In this document: positions 26,689 through 40,810 of the stretch, piece by piece | Position numbering within the stretch: the first letter of the stretch is position 1 | Layout of the letters: the number at the start of each line of letters is the position of its first letter | Assembly: GCA_013265495.1 (NCBI GenBank) | Contig: MU057597.1 | Location: 86,563-150,562, forward strand | DNA: 64,000 bases | Source of the DNA: Vicugna vicugna | Lineage: Eukaryota | Direction: 5' to 3' | Position numbers and translations under genes: made by a program | The notes under the pieces: model-generated | What the model saw: only the letters and a program-made list of their open reading frames with translations | The model's database searches: none | What the model was told of the DNA's origin: nothing

Positions 26689-28110
26689 TCACCCAGGGGC
26701 CACAAGAAGAGTTCTCATCTTCATGAAAACTGAGGAAGAGGAGAGAGGGGTCAGGATTGATGTGGTTGAAGTATGTGTTCTGACAGATCCATGGAAGGGT
26801 ATCTGAAGCAAACTGTGTGTCCCTTAAACTCTTATGCTTTTTTTTGTTTTATTCTTTTAAATTTTTTTATTGAAGTATTGTCAGTTTACAATGTTGTGTC
26901 AATTTCTAGTGTACCACATAATATTTCAGTCATACAAATAAATATATATTCTTTTCTTATATTTTTTCACCATAGGTTACTTAAATCATTCTCCTTTTGA
27001 TAAGTATATCATCCAGTTAGTAGGGATTTTTCATCTTTGTGGAAAACCCATGAAACACATGTACATGGAACAGGCTGTTATGTGCAGAAGTGTTACATAT
27101 TCTGTCCTACACACTGAGTGACAGTCAATATCTAGATGAGCTACAGAATGAGTAGTGTCTTCAGAGATGACAAAGTCCACATCAGCTTTACAAAAATGTC
27201 AAAATCTCAATTATGATGGTAACAATAATGATTAAAGTGTTGGAATACTTCCTATAAGCTAAAGATTCCTCAAAGTAAGTATTTTACAGGCATGAATTTG
27301 TTATCAACATAATAGCTCATTAGAGAAAATCTACTCTCATCTGACAGAGGGCAAAACTGTGTCAGAGACACTGAGAAACTCAACTCAAAAAGCTAAGAAA
27401 TGTCACAGCAAGCACCTAACTCAGAAGGTTGGGCTTTGAAACTGAAGGTTAGGAATAAAACAGTGAAGCAACAGAGAGAACATTGAAAGTACACTGACAG
27501 AGGGTTTCCTGAGAAAACCTGAAAGAAATACAAAGTGAATGACATAAAACAGCATGAAAGTCCATTAGACATATGGGCACACACACACAGGCACATACAC
27601 ATAAAATGTTCGTAATCTTACTACTATTTAAACCGTTAATATGACAGTGCAGAAAAAAATAATAAAAAAATAAAAGATTAAAAAAAATTTTTTAAGGTAG
27701 TGCAGAAAAAATTTCAGGCCATGGAATATATTGAAGATAAAATTTAAAAGGAAAAAAGATATAAGGTACAATTTTGAAATCATGACTTTTTATCAAAACC
27801 ATAGACTTCCACATCCATAAACTCATGAACACACCTGTCTACACAAAATTAACTGAAATGAGAGAAGTTTTCTCTTGATATATTTGTGGACAATTTTTTT
27901 TAATCATCATTTATTCAGTTTTCCCCTAATGAAACATTGATACAAAATTACAAAAGTTATTCGTATTACACATTATTTTCACAGATTGAGAACAAAATTA
28001 TCATAATAATAAAGTTCAACATTTCTAGAAGAATTAAAAATCATGATAAAAAATATAATCATTAAGCAAGAACACTTCACCAAAAGTAACTATCAGAAGG
28101 AAACATTTAA

Positions 28111-28217
28111 GTGCTAGCTTCTGCAGCGCGGATACTACAACTGGGACAAAACAGAGAAGATTAGCGTGGCCCCTGGGCAAACAAGACATGCAAATTCCTG
28201 AAGCCTTCATTACTTTT
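28111..28217 (+). pseudogene. RNU6: Full-length U6 snRNA retrocopy fused to L1
   Basis: gtgctagcttctgcagc...acagagaagattagcgtggcccctgggcaa...gacatgcaaattcctgaagc...tttt is colinear with the 107-nt U6, including the ACAGAGA box, with many substitutions. Confidence 0.9.
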
Positions 28218-31192
28218 AAACAAAATCGACAAACCTCTGGCCAAGATTACCAAGAAGAAAAGAGAGAGGACCCTACCCCTGCCCCGCCACCTCCAAAAAA
28301 ATAAGAAATAAGAGAAATGGCAACCAATACCACAGTAACACCAAACAATCTTAAGAGACTATTACGAACAATTATATGCCAACAAATTTGGGACAACCTA
28401 GAAGAAATGAACAAGTTTCTAGAAACATACAGCCCACCAAAACTGAATCAAGAGGAAATAACATAATTTGAAAATACTGGTCACTAGAAGTGCAATAGAA
28501 TCTGTAATAAAAAAAAAAATCCGCACAAACAAAAGTCCAGGGTCAGACAGCTTTACTGGGGAATTCTACTAAACATACAAAGAACTTATACCAGTCCTTC
28601 TCAAACTCTTCCAAAAGCATCAAGAGGAGGGAACACTCCCAACTCATTCTATGAAGCAACCATTAGTCTGAAACCAAAGCCAGACAAAGACACTACTAAA
28701 AAAGAAAATTACAGGCCAATATCTTTGATGAATACAAAGACAAAAATTCTCAACAAAATATTAGCAAACCAGATATAACAACACATAAAGATGACAAATT
28801 GCAATTAAATCAGATTCATCTCAGGCTCACAAGGATGGGTCAACATATGCAATTCTAATCAATGTAATACATCACAACAATAGAAAAAATAAAAACTATA
28901 TGATCATCTCAAGGGACACAGAAAAAACATTCCATAATATTTAACATCCTTCATGATAAAACACTCACCAAAGTGGCTACAGAGGGAACATATCTCAACA
29001 TAATAGAATCTGACAAACCCACAGCCAACATAAAACTCAACAGTAAAAAGCTGAAAGCTTCCTGCTAAAATCTGAAGTAAGACAAGGACACCCATGCTCA
29101 CCATTTCTATTCAACATAGTATTTGCAGTCCTAGCCATAGTAATCAGATAAGAAAAAGAATTAATGATCCAAATAGGAAGGGAAGAGGTAAAATTGTCAC
29201 TATATGCAGATAACATAATATTATATATAGAAAACCCTAAAAATTCTACACAAAAATTACTACAGCTGATAAACAAATTCAGCAAAGTAGCAGAATACAT
29301 GGTTAACATACAGAACTCCGTTGCGTATCTTCATGCTAACAATGAAATATTAGAAAAGTTAAAAAAGAAAAGCCTTTTAAAATCGCATCAAAAAAAAAAA
29401 ACCTTAGAAATAAACCTGACCAAGGAGGTGAAAGATTTATATGCTGAGGCCTATAAAAGACTGAAAAAGAAAATTAAAGATGATTTAAAGAAATGGAAAG
29501 ATATCACATACTCTTGGATTGGAAGAATTAAAATTGTTAAAATGGCCACACTACCCAAAGCAATCTACAGATTTAATGTGATACCTATCAAATTACTCAG
29601 GACACTTTTCACAGAACAAGAACAAATAACCTTAAAATTCATATGGAATCACAAAAGACTCAGAATTGTCAAGACAATACTAAAGAAATAGAACAAAGCT
29701 GGAAGCATAACACTCCCAGACTTCAGATAATACCACGGAGCTACAGTAATCAAAACAAAGTGTTATTGGCACAAAAACAGACATATGGATTGATGGAACA
29801 GAATACAGAGCCTAGAAATAAACCCACACACCAAGGTCAATTGATCTTCAAGAAAGGAGGCAAGAACACATGATGGAGAGAAGACAGCCTCCTCAGCAAG
29901 TGTGCTGGGAAGGCTGAACAGCCACATGTAAATCAGTGAAGTCAGAACACTCCCTCACACCATACACAGAAATGAACTCAAAATGACTTAAAGACTGAAA
30001 CAAAAGACAAGGCATCTTAAGAGTCCTAGAAGAAAACATATGTAAAACATTCTCTGACATAAATGGTACCAATGTTTTCCTGGGTCGGTATACCAAGGCA
30101 ATAGAAATAAATGCAAATGTAAACAAATGGGACCCAATGAAACTTACAAGTTTTTGCACAGCAAAGGAAACCATAAGCCAAATGAAAAGACAAATTATGG
30201 GGGAAAATATACTTAAATGATACGACTGACAAGGGCTTAATTTCCATAATATACAAACAGTTCAAACAACTCAATAACAAAAAAGCAAACAACCCAATCA
30301 AAAAGTGCACAGAAGACCTAAACAAGCAATTCTCCAGTGAAGACATACAGATGGCCAATAGGCACATGAAAAGATGTTCAGTATCACTAATTATCAGAGA
30401 AATGCAGACCAAAACTAGAAAACAGATACCACCTCATGCCAGTCAGAATGGCCATCAGTAAAAAGTCCACAAACGATAAATGCTGGAGAGGGTGTGGAGA
30501 AAAGGGAATCTTCCTACACTGTTGGTGGGATTGTAATTTGGTGCAGCCACTATGGAGATTTTTTAAAAAACTGAAAGTACAGTTACGATATGATCTAGCA
30601 ATCCCACTTCTGGGCATTTATCTGTAGAAAACTCTAATTCAAAAATATACATGCTCCCCAGTGTTCACAGCAGCCCTATTTACAACAGCCAAGACATGGA
30701 AGCAACCTAAATGTCCTTTGAAAGATGACTGCATAAAGAAATTGTGGTGTGTATACACAGTGGAATACTACTACAAAAAAGAATGAAATAATGCCACTGG
30801 CAGCAACATGCATGGACAAAGGCATTATCATAGTAAATGAAGTAAGCCAGACGGAGATGGACAAATATCGTATGATATCCCTTACAAGTGGAATCTAACA
30901 AAATGATATAAATCAACTTATTTACAAAACAAACAGTCTCATGGACATAGAAAACAAATTCATGGTTACCAAAGAGAAAGAGGGGAAAGGATAAATTTTG
31001 ACTTTCAGATTGACAGATACATACTACTATGTATAAAACAGAAAAACAATAGCACAGGGAACTATATCCAGTATCTTGAAATAATCTTTAATGGAGAATA
31101 CATATATGTATAACTGTATCACTATGCTGTACACCAGAAACTAACAGAACATTGCAAATCAACTACAGTTCAATTAAGAAGAAAAAAAAAAA
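28218..31192 (+). mobile_element. 5'-truncated LINE-1 (ORF2 RT/C-terminal part, 3'UTR, poly-A)
   Basis: ORF 29164-29691 ([20 protein letters not shown]...[19 protein letters not shown]) and the C-terminal [17 protein letters not shown] motif; A-tail at ~31180-31192. Confidence 0.92.
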
Positions 31193-31379
31193 AAGGAAAC
31201 ACTAGATGCATGCCCTCTGAAATAACAGTGGAGTGAAGGGGGCTGGCCAGGGGTCCTGTTTTCCACCACCGTACAGGGTGCCTGAGTGGGGAGCACGAGA
31301 GGAAGTAACAGCAGGAGAAACAGAGAGTGACAGACACAGAGAGAGTGTGAAACAAAGTTCAGAGAGTTGAAACTATTAA

Positions 31380-33140
31380 CATTCACAGATCTAAGGAGAT
31401 GGAAAAGCTAAAAATGAAAGGATGAAAAAAGATATTCCATCCTAAAGAGAACAGGATGACTACCTTATACCAGACAAAACAAAGCCAAAATCTGACACAA
31501 AATACAAACGATGTTGCATAATGTTAAATGGGTCAACTCACCGAGAAGATATAACAAGTAAAAACATGTGTACGTCTAACATTACAGCTCCCCCAAAAGA
31601 AGCAAACACCAACAGAAGCGAAGAGAGGAACAGACATCAGCACAGTAATAGTATACGAGACTTCAGTGACCCAGTGTTACTCCTGGATGAAACCAAACAG
31701 AAGATCAATAAGGGAAATGAGCACGTTGTGAACACTATACGCAAACGGACATAACAGACATGCACAGACCACTCAGCCCAACAACAGCAAAAACACATGC
31801 TTCTCAGGCACACGGGAAACACTCTCCAGGACAGACTGCATGTTAGGCCACAAAAGAAACCTTAATAAATTTAAGAGATTGAGACCATAAAAGGTATCTT
31901 CCCTGAGTACAATGAAATAAAAGAAAACATAAACAGCAGAAGGAAAAAAGAAATTCTGCAAACTACAGAACTTAAACTCATTATTACACAACCAATGGGA
32001 CAAAGAAGAAATCACATGGAAATTTTAGGATATTGGGATGAAAACAAAAATGCAACATACCACACACCAAAATTTATAACATGCAGTGAAGGCTGTAGTG
32101 AAAGAGAAGTCTACACAGCAAAATGGTTACAACAAAAAGGGAAAAGATTTCAAATCAGAAATCTATTTTTACATTTCAAGGAAGTACAAAGAGAAGAAAA
32201 GACTAAATCTAATTTTAGCAGAAGTAAAGAGGTTAATAAGAAAGATTTTACCAGAGCTAAATGAAACGGAAATTAGAAAAACACGAAAGTCAACACGCCA
32301 AGAACTGGTGTTTTAAAAAAAATTAACTGGAAAACCCGACTAAGAAAAAAGACAGAAGATACAAATAACAAAAAGATATGTGAAACAGGACATTAAAAAA
32401 TGTCTTTGACATCAGTTGCAAGGTATTATAAGGGAGTAGTGTAAACAATAACGCTAATAAATTGCATAATCTCGAACATAGAGGTAAATTATTAGACACA
32501 TACAACCTGCTAAACCTTAATCATTAAGAAATAAAAAATTTGAACAGAAAGATAACTGGAGAGATTCAAGCAGTAATCAAAAACCTCAAATAAAAACCCA
32601 AAACCAAATACATACAATGCAGAATTTTACCAAACATTTAAAAAAGAATTACCTATAATCCTGCTAAAAATGTTACAGAGTTGAAGAGGGAACACTGGTA
32701 AACTCACTCTATGGACCTGGAATAATTCTGAAACCAAACCCAGAGACGACCCAACTAGAAAGGAAAACTAAAAACCAATGCCCATGATGAATACTGATGC
32801 AAAATCCATAACAAATACTAGCAAATCAACTTCAACAGCACATTAACTGACTTCATAACCAAGAGTATTTTATTCCTATAAGGGAAGGAGGACTCAACAT
32901 ATAAAAATTAATTCATTTGATAGATCACATTAACAGATTAAAAGAAAAAACCATACATGATCATCTCAATTGACACAGAAAAAGGAATCTGACAAAATTC
33001 AATAACTTTAGAAGATACATTCAACAAACTAGAAACAGAAAATTATGTCAAAATATACTGTTCAACAAAGTACTGAAAATCCAAGCTAGCCTTATCTGCA
33101 TCAAAAGTAAAAACATCTGTGTGTCAAAGGGCACAACTGA
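31380..33140 (+). mobile_element. Old degenerate LINE-1 ORF2 (endonuclease to RT region)
   Basis: aggacagactgcatgttaggccacaaaagaaaccttaataaatttaag and related motifs. The right part is paralogous to 350-1130. Confidence 0.75.
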
Positions 33141-33742
33141 CACAATGAAGATGGAATCTGAAGAATGGAGGTGATGAAAGAGATTTTAAAAATTTCCAAC
33201 TCCCAGACATTTAGCTTGATTTCACTGTTTAAAATTGATAACAGAATAGAAGACTTTCTATCACTGATGTCTCTTTCTGAACTTTCCTTTCCATCCCCAA
33301 TCATTAAGATTTTTTAACATCAGTGACACACGTATTTAAACAAATTTCCCCTTATTGATCTATTTCTAGGTTTTACCAGGTATTGTGCATATTAATCTCT
33401 GACTTCCCTGTGCGGCTTCTTTCTCTGGTTTACAGAGAGCAGACAGTGCACCCAGATGGGCCCCTCAACTCTCCCTGCTGCCCCACAGCACTGACTCCGT
33501 GTCTCCAATCCACGGGGGTGAAGCCCGCCCAGGACGCTGCCCAGGGAACCGCTTCACAAGTTTCAGGTCCCGGGGTCCCGGGGGTGGAGTCTGAGTGGGG
33601 AAGACAGGCGCTGAGGGAGGGCCCTGGGTGACTGTAAATATACAGGTGTCAGGCAGGATACTTTGGAGTCAGACAGGATTAGCAAGTCCAAAGGGCATTT
33701 CAGGAAGGACAGACTGAGAATCCAGTGAGAATATGACTTTAC

Positions 33743-33814
33743 CTGAGAAATAGCCATTTCTGATTTCTTTTCTGTCCTCTTCCTCCTGTTCTGGGCTTCA
33801 TCCTCAGATAACAT
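33743..33814 (-). CDS. KZNF gene B start-codon exon (MLSEDEAQNRRKRTEKKSEMAISQ)
   Basis: Two in-frame ATGs (33814, 33757). The phase-0 donor cag|gtaaag matches the phase of the KRAB exon. Confidence 0.8.
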
Positions 33815-35449
33815 GAGTCTTTAGAGGTCAGTCTTCAAAGTGGAAAACATGCTGTTTAATGCTTAGAATCAACACATACCTCCCTGTGCCATAACCACAC
33901 ACACAGGGGAGACCTCACCATGTGGGACAGACAGTCCACTGCTGCCCACTGTCACAGGAGGGACTCAGGACAGGAAACTCCACACACAGACAAACAAGGG
34001 AGTTTCCCCACACTGTTCTCAGATCACCCTCCCCTCCTGGTGAGTCCCTCCCCTACACGGCAGCAGTGGGCGCCTCAGCTGGACCCAACAACCCCCTTCA
34101 AGTTACAGATCAGGCCCTGATCCATTCCCACACAGAGCAGAGCAGAGCCCCCTGCCTCTCAGCCCAGATCTCAGCCCTCAGGATGGGAGGACTCAGAGTC
34201 AGGATGCTCAGTGAGGGACCCAGACTGGAATCACCTGGGGGCCCTTAAATATCATTGAGGTTCCCACCAAGACTATTTGAAGGGAAATCTCTGGTCAGAG
34301 GGGACAAAACATGGCTCTATGATTTGACATTTCTAGTTTCCACATAAAATATCTTTCTTCTTCTGTCATAATAATGTCATAATTTATGGGTGACGTAAAT
34401 TTTCCACCTCCATTCATTTGTCAACATTTTAGTTCTTTCTCCATCTTGGCTGTTGTGAATAGTGCAGTAATGCTCACTGGAGTGCAAATATTTCCCTCAA
34501 TATGATTTCAGTGCCTTTGGATATCAAGCCACATGTGCATCACCTAAGCATACAAACTTTAAATATACTGCATTCTAAAGCCACAAATCAATACATCAGA
34601 AATTAATGACCCACATCCAAACAACTCACCTCCCATCTGCAACCACTCTCCCCCTTTGACCTGCACTAGTGTGTTTCAGTTTCATTCTTTATCTGTCTCC
34701 CTCTCTCTGCTTTCCTCTATTTTCCTCCTGTTCCTGCTGCCCTCCTATTTCTTCCCTCACTCCTGTTCTGCCTCACGTTGCAACATGTTCCCTATCTTGC
34801 TGCTCCTTCTCTCCAATCTTTCTGATGGTCCTGAATCACCACACATTTCTGCCTCTTTCTTCCTCCGATCTCTGCTCCCTCTCTACCCTCCGAGTTACAC
34901 CCTTTTTATCCTTTGACCTTCCCACTCTCTCGCACCCCAGGTGTCTATGCTTCTTCCCTGCTCTCTCTCCTCTGCTCTTCCAGTCAATAGCTGTCCTCTG
35001 TTTCTCTCCCAGGACCACGATGTTCCGAAGGCCAGGACCCCAACTCTCCTATCCTCTCCCTCCACTCAGGGTGCGAAATGCCTCATCATGATTACCCTTC
35101 CCCCGCCCTCTCCCGCCTTACCGCTGACCCAGGGCCCCTCTCCCTCCACGGCACTCGAATGCCTGGAGATCCCGCGCCTTTATTTCCTTCTCTTTGTATT
35201 CACCTGCTACTTAATTTTATCCACCTGCTACTTTAAGGTCTAAGTCTATTTGATTTTACTATCGCTTTGCAAGTGCCTCAGCCATCCTCAACGACTCCAT
35301 CGGTTTTTCATCCTTCTTTTCTCCTTCTCAGTATTTCTATTTCCCTCTCAGTCGCTCTCTTTTGATATCCCTCTTGTCTTCTTCTGTCTGCTTCTCCTAA
35401 TCCCCCTCACCCACGTATTTAAAGGGTTGACAACGGAATAAAATGCACC

Positions 35450-36260
35450 CCCCCACCCCACTGAAAGAGACCATTTTCCAATGGATGTGATTTAATACGG
35501 AATTACACTGGAGGTCACATGGCTGGCCCAGGTCACATTCTCCTAGCGGGACGGGGGAAGGGCTAACTACGAAGAGGAAACCCGCGGAACAGGACCGGCC
35601 TGAGGAGGACGCGAGGACAGAGCGGCTAGGAGGGAGAGGGTCTCAGGAGAAGGCCTGATCCCCAGAATCCAGGGACCCGGGAGAGGACGCGGCCTCACGG
35701 GAGCGGGGCGGCCGGCGCTGACCTCCAGGGACAGAGAGGGCGAGGCTGGGGGCGCGAGTCCACCTTGCGAAAGAGGACTCTTCATGGGGGGGGGTGGAAA
35801 GAATAAAAGGTCTCATGAAGGAAAGTAACACGAAAGGCGGTGTCTCCGTGGACGGAAAGGAGAAAAACCAAGGGCAGGGACGAGCTTCAGCGGTTTCAAA
35901 CCCAAAGGAAAAGATCCCCAACCTAGGACGGCGCCGCCTGGACTTACGTGGCCGGGGGGCCGGGTGCTGGGATTTTAGGTCCGCAGTGACTCCCAGACCC
36001 TGAGAATGGAGGAAGGGGGACCTGGCAGCACAGAATCAAATAAGAAACTAGCAGCTTACCGTCTAAACCGCAACCTTCACGTCCAGCCCTGCTTCCGGTT
36101 CCGGAAGAAACTGCGCGCGCAGTCTGAGGCGGGACTTCCGGGGCGAGGGGTCAGGCGGAGTGCTTCCGGCAGGGACGGTGCGAGGAGGGAGCCCAGGTCC
36201 GTACAGGGAGCGCCGGAGGGTGGGGCAGGAGCCAGGAGAGGATTGGCCTTTCCCGGAACC
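35450..36260 (-). promoter_or_regulatory. CpG-island promoter and non-coding exon 1 of KZNF gene B
   Basis: CpG-rich; cttccggttccggaag and gaggcgggacttccggggcg motifs; donor ggccac|gtaagt at 35948/35947. Confidence 0.78.
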
Positions 36261-36844
36261 TTGAAAACGCTCATTTTAAGTTACTCTCTGGAACAGTTTC
36301 ACGGTAAAAGCTTAGTTGTTTGGGGACCATTTATGTCGGAAACTAAGATGTTTCCTCCTGACAAGTTGAAACCGGTTTCAATAAAAAACTGTTTTTACCA
36401 GTAGGTGGCTCGCATGTCCTGCCAGGGAGATGGAAGCAATTCCGTGGTCTGAAAATTTCCGTCTCTAAGTGGTCGCTGTCGGGCGGTGGTTGGATCCAGG
36501 AACATTTCCTGCAAGTAGAATTTAAGCAGTTTGAGGAAATGGGAACCGAACTTGACTATAATAGAAACTAGAATGACAAACACAAAACTCCCCTGAATAG
36601 TAAAGTTTATTTCACACTTACACCCCACGGAACAGCCTTACTGTTTCTGTTCCTCATTCAACAGGAGGTCAAACTCAACACGCTGCACAGGTCCACAGAC
36701 TCAGGGAGAAGACCTGAGGGCGTCGGAGGCTAAAGGACTAAGGCATGTGACGTTTATCCTGCCATCACAAAAATACAGTGATGAGAGATAAGTTTCTCTA
36801 TTTTTTTAACATATTTTCCCAAATAGATGTATTTCTCTAGTTTA

Positions 36845-36965
36845 GAGGGTTTTTTTGGGGGGGGGGCATAAATTAGGTTTCTTTCTTTCTCTTTTTTTTG
36901 AGGAGGTCCTGCCCAGGACCTCATGCATGCTAAACATGTGCACTTTGAACTATACCCTCCCCCAC
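36845..36965 (-). mobile_element. tRNA-derived SINE, degenerate
   Basis: cccaggacctcatgcatgctaaacatgtgc...tataccctcccc. Confidence 0.65.
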
Positions 36966-37674
36966 CAAAGCTTCTCTTTATTGAAGTGATGAATAATCTA
37001 TAGTTTTCTTTGACCTGGGACAGAGAACTGCATGTATATTCTCATTCACTTTGGACATGTAGACGGCACATACATATGCGGATGAAGTGGGTATTATGTT
37101 AAAGCTTTTCTGATACACCCTTACTTGCTGGAGTGTCTTCACGTAATTCCGTGTCAGGACCTGTTGTGGATGCAGTGAATCTAAATTAGTAACAATAGTT
37201 GAGCTCAATTACACAAGAAATTATCCAAGAAATAATCTTTCTTCCACATCAACACTATTCGGGAAAAATAATTACAAGCAAAACTAGAATCTCCTGACCC
37301 AGAAATTTCCTCCAAGTAGTAGAATGGAAGGAAAACAGCTTTATTACTGAATAATCTATAACCAGCGTATGATGGGGATCATAGCCATCACTAACAGATT
37401 GCAAAGACACAGAGAAATCCCACCCTTTTATGCGACCTACCACCTACATCTTTCCAAGATAAATAAGACCTAGTACTCAAGTAAGAGGCCATGACAGCAC
37501 CATTGGTAACACCTAGTTCATCTTAGCATTACTTGGAAACTGGGATGACAATCTATGTAAGCCTATAAAATTCATATATAAAAAAGTGGGAAAAAAAGGC
37601 ATCCTGGGAGCCATGAGTAGTAGATCTGAACTATTCTCTGAACTCACTATGGAGACATTGGCTTATGCTTTTTT

Positions 37675-37820
37675 ATTTATTTGAGATTTATTTGAGATTT
37701 GGGGGGGTAATTAGGTTTATTTATTTACTTGCTTTTAGAGGCGGTACTGGGGATTGAACCCAGGACCTCCTGCATGCTAAGCACACGCTCTACCACTTGA
37801 GCTATATGCTACCCCCCCCC
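37675..37820 (-). mobile_element. tRNA-derived SINE with 15-bp target-site duplication
   Basis: Flanked by ggcttatgctttttt at 37660-37674 and 37821-37835. Confidence 0.85.
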
Positions 37821-37839
37821 GGCTTATGCTTTTTTAAAT

Positions 37840-38370
37840 TGCATCATTTGCATACAATAAAATGCACACTTAGCAAATGAACGATAACAGTGGGATTTAG
37901 TACATTTACCACTTGTTTGCCACTTTGTCTAACCACAATATTATCATTCATCACCACCCCTTAAAAGACCCGTATCCTTTAGCAGTTATTTTGAACTTCA
38001 CCCCCATCATAAGCAAATAATAAGCTACTTTCCATCTCTGTGGATATGGCTATTTGGGGGCATTTAATAAAAATTAAATTATACAGTATGTGGCCTTATT
38101 TCAACCTTCTTTCACTTAGCATAAGCTTTCAAGGGTCATCTATGTTGTAACAGTTAACAGTACCTCATAACTTTTTATTGCTGAGTAGTAACATTCCAGT
38201 TTTTTATCCATTCATCATTTGATGGAGCTTTGGGTTCCTTCTACATTTTGGCTATTATGAAAAAAGTTTCGATCAACAATCTTTAACAAGGAGTTTTTGT
38301 GGATAAGTGTTTTCAAATCTCTTGGATATATTTGTAGAAGTGGAATTGCTGGGTTTTATATTCTAATTTG
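37840..38370 (-). mobile_element. Old LINE-1 3' fragment
   Basis: cttctttcacttagcataa...tttatccattcatc...ttttggctattatgaa...agaagtggaattgctgg. Confidence 0.65.
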
Positions 38371-39554
38371 TAAGAAATATAGATTTGACCATTCAGATGA
38401 CTAATGCGTTACTTCTCATACCCTAGTTAGCAAAACTGATCTCATGCCCTTGCCTTGTTGCAAGGAGACAATTAGGGAAATACATGACTATGCATAAGAA
38501 AGTAGTCAAAGGGTGAGAAAAGTCATTAGGCTGAAATGGTCTCCATCATACATAAAGAGCAAAGTGTAAAATATGATATACAGCATCTTTTTTGTTGTAA
38601 AAATTATACTTTAAAAAAGAACATGCTTGACAACATTGTAATGTGGATACTTGAACATTTTTTAATATATTTTTGACACTTGGGGCTCAGTAATATTTTA
38701 TGTGGACAATGAATTTAAAAAGGAAATTCAAAAGTATTAAATTAAGTTATTAATATTAAAATAAATTCAGAGATGATATTTGAATACTTCCCAACTGCAA
38801 GCCTTTGTATATCTCTTGCTTTCAGGCAGGATGGCATGAATAAATAACATCTCAAGATGGATTCTTTTATTTCTGACACTGATTATTAGAAAATTATTTT
38901 TAACTGTGTTTGGATTCAGGTAGAGAAGAAAGGAAGTAAATCTGTAAGTGAGAAAACACTAAGGGCTCTAATAATTTTTGCCTATCATTTGGAACATGGG
39001 GCAGAGTGGCCATGTGTTACATGGAATGTTATACTATCAGGATAAAGAACAAAGTCTGTTGATATAATCTGTCCCTATCACCCCCTTTACCTTTCTCTGT
39101 TCATGAGGTAGAAGTATGAAATTCAAAAATTCACATTTCTTTTAAAAATTATGGTGGCAATTTAACACAATGAGCTAATAATAGTTGGAAAAATGTTTGG
39201 GATTATTTTTTCCATGAAAGTGAGACAAAAATCTAAAATTGAAAAGGGTTTTGCTTCTCAGACCTTGCTCTTCCTAGTCATACAGAAGCCATGTTGCTGT
39301 AAGAAAAGCGAAGACTAAGTGGAGGCTCATGGCGGGAGAAGGGGCAGAGGACCCGTCACAGCGCACACTGCGCCCTCTGCACTTCCTGTCAGGTGAGACT
39401 GATAAACCTCCGACTTCTTTCAGTCACTGTTTTCCAGGTGGTCTGTCACTCACAAATAAAAACTGTCCTAGCAGAGAAATACGATTATTCTTTTGTGATG
39501 GATATAGAATGGAGCACTTCAGAAAGGATCTTCAATTTAAAATTGTATGACTCT

Positions 39555-39690
39555 GGGGGAGGGTCTAACTCAGTGGTACAGCGGGTGCTTAGCATGCATG
39601 AGGTCCTGGGTTCAATCCCCAGTACTTCCATTAAAAAACTAAACCTAATTACCTCACCCCCCCCAAAAAAAATTAAATTACAAATTTGAA
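39555..39690 (+). mobile_element. tRNA-derived SINE
   Basis: ggggggagggtctaactcagtggtacagcgggtgcttagcatgcatgaggtcctgggttcaatcccc. Confidence 0.8.
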
Positions 39691-40334
39691 AATTTTAAAA
39701 ATAAATTGTATGGCTTAAAAAGACTTCATGAAGACATCCCTTCACTGATGAGTTAGGTCTGTTTAGTACATGTTGCCAAAAAATCACAACTTGCTTAGAT
39801 AAATTATACTGTGATAATTTATGACAAATGTTCACATTAGGCTGCAAAGTACGAGAGTGAGGAATTTGAGGCCACAAATATAATTACTTATTTACTTGAC
39901 CATTTGACCTACTGATCTATGAACATATCCACTACAGCAACCTTCTTTGCTCTGACAAAATGCATCCACTCATCTGTCAATCGGGAATGACTCCAATCAC
40001 TGAATATTTAGTAGGAAACAAAATCAATCCCTGTCTTCAAGTAGCTTATATTCTAGAAGGGAATGTCAGCATTAAGTAAATAAGATATGACCATGTTAAT
40101 TACAATAAAGTTGTATATGTACAAGGGTAGAGTGACAGCATGTCCTAATTTTAAAAATATATTCAGGAAATGCACATATGATAAGAAGATATTTAAATAA
40201 AATCATTAATTAATGGAAAGAGTGTGTCATGCAAATACACTTGGGGCCTATGAGGCAAAGGATATAAGTGGCTTCTGGAAAACAGGAAAGGCAAGAAAAC
40301 GAGTTGTGATGAGAAGTAACCAGAAGCAGCACAG

Positions 40335-40450
40335 TGCTTTGCTTTGAATCCATGTTACACTCTGGCCTCCAGAACAAGAGAATAAATTTGTGTTGCTTGA
40401 GACACTCAGTTTGTTGGAATGTGTCACAGCAGAAATAGGAAATTTAATGA
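40335..40450 (+). mobile_element. MaLR (MLT1-like) LTR 3' fragment
   Basis: ctctggcctccagaac...aataaatttgtgttg...tgtcacagcagaaataggaaa. Confidence 0.55.
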
Positions 40451-40673
40451 TAGGGTGTATGTAGAAAAACAAAAGAATCTACAAACATCTCTGGACAAAG
40501 TATAATTTGCAAGGCATCACAATACAACATGCAAAAATCGATCGCAAAGATACCTAGCCTTTGATCTTACTGTGAAAAACCAGGTCATCAAAAAGGGACT
40601 GCAGAAAAATGAAAAAAGATTTCTAGAACAGAATAGATTTCAGACCAGAATACTGAATTAAAATGAATATGGC

Positions 40674-40810
40674 TGGGGGGAGGGTATAGCTCAAGTGGCT
40701 GAGTACATGCTTAGTATGCCCGAGGTCCTGGGTTTAATCCTCAGTACCTCCATTAAAAATAAATGAATAAATCTAATTACCTCCCCCCTCAAAAATATTT
40801 AAAAAAAAAA
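40674..40810 (+). mobile_element. tRNA-derived SINE
   Basis: gggggagggtatagctcaagtggctgagtacatgcttagtatgcccgaggtcctgggtttaatcc. Confidence 0.8.

Noticed and set aside
28111..28217. Functional U6 snRNA gene
   Set aside because: Many substitutions, no evident upstream PSE/TATA, and fused to L1 within a target-site duplication.
29164..29691. Active L1 ORF2 or a host gene
   Set aside because: Fragment of a 5'-truncated L1 with stops and frameshifts.
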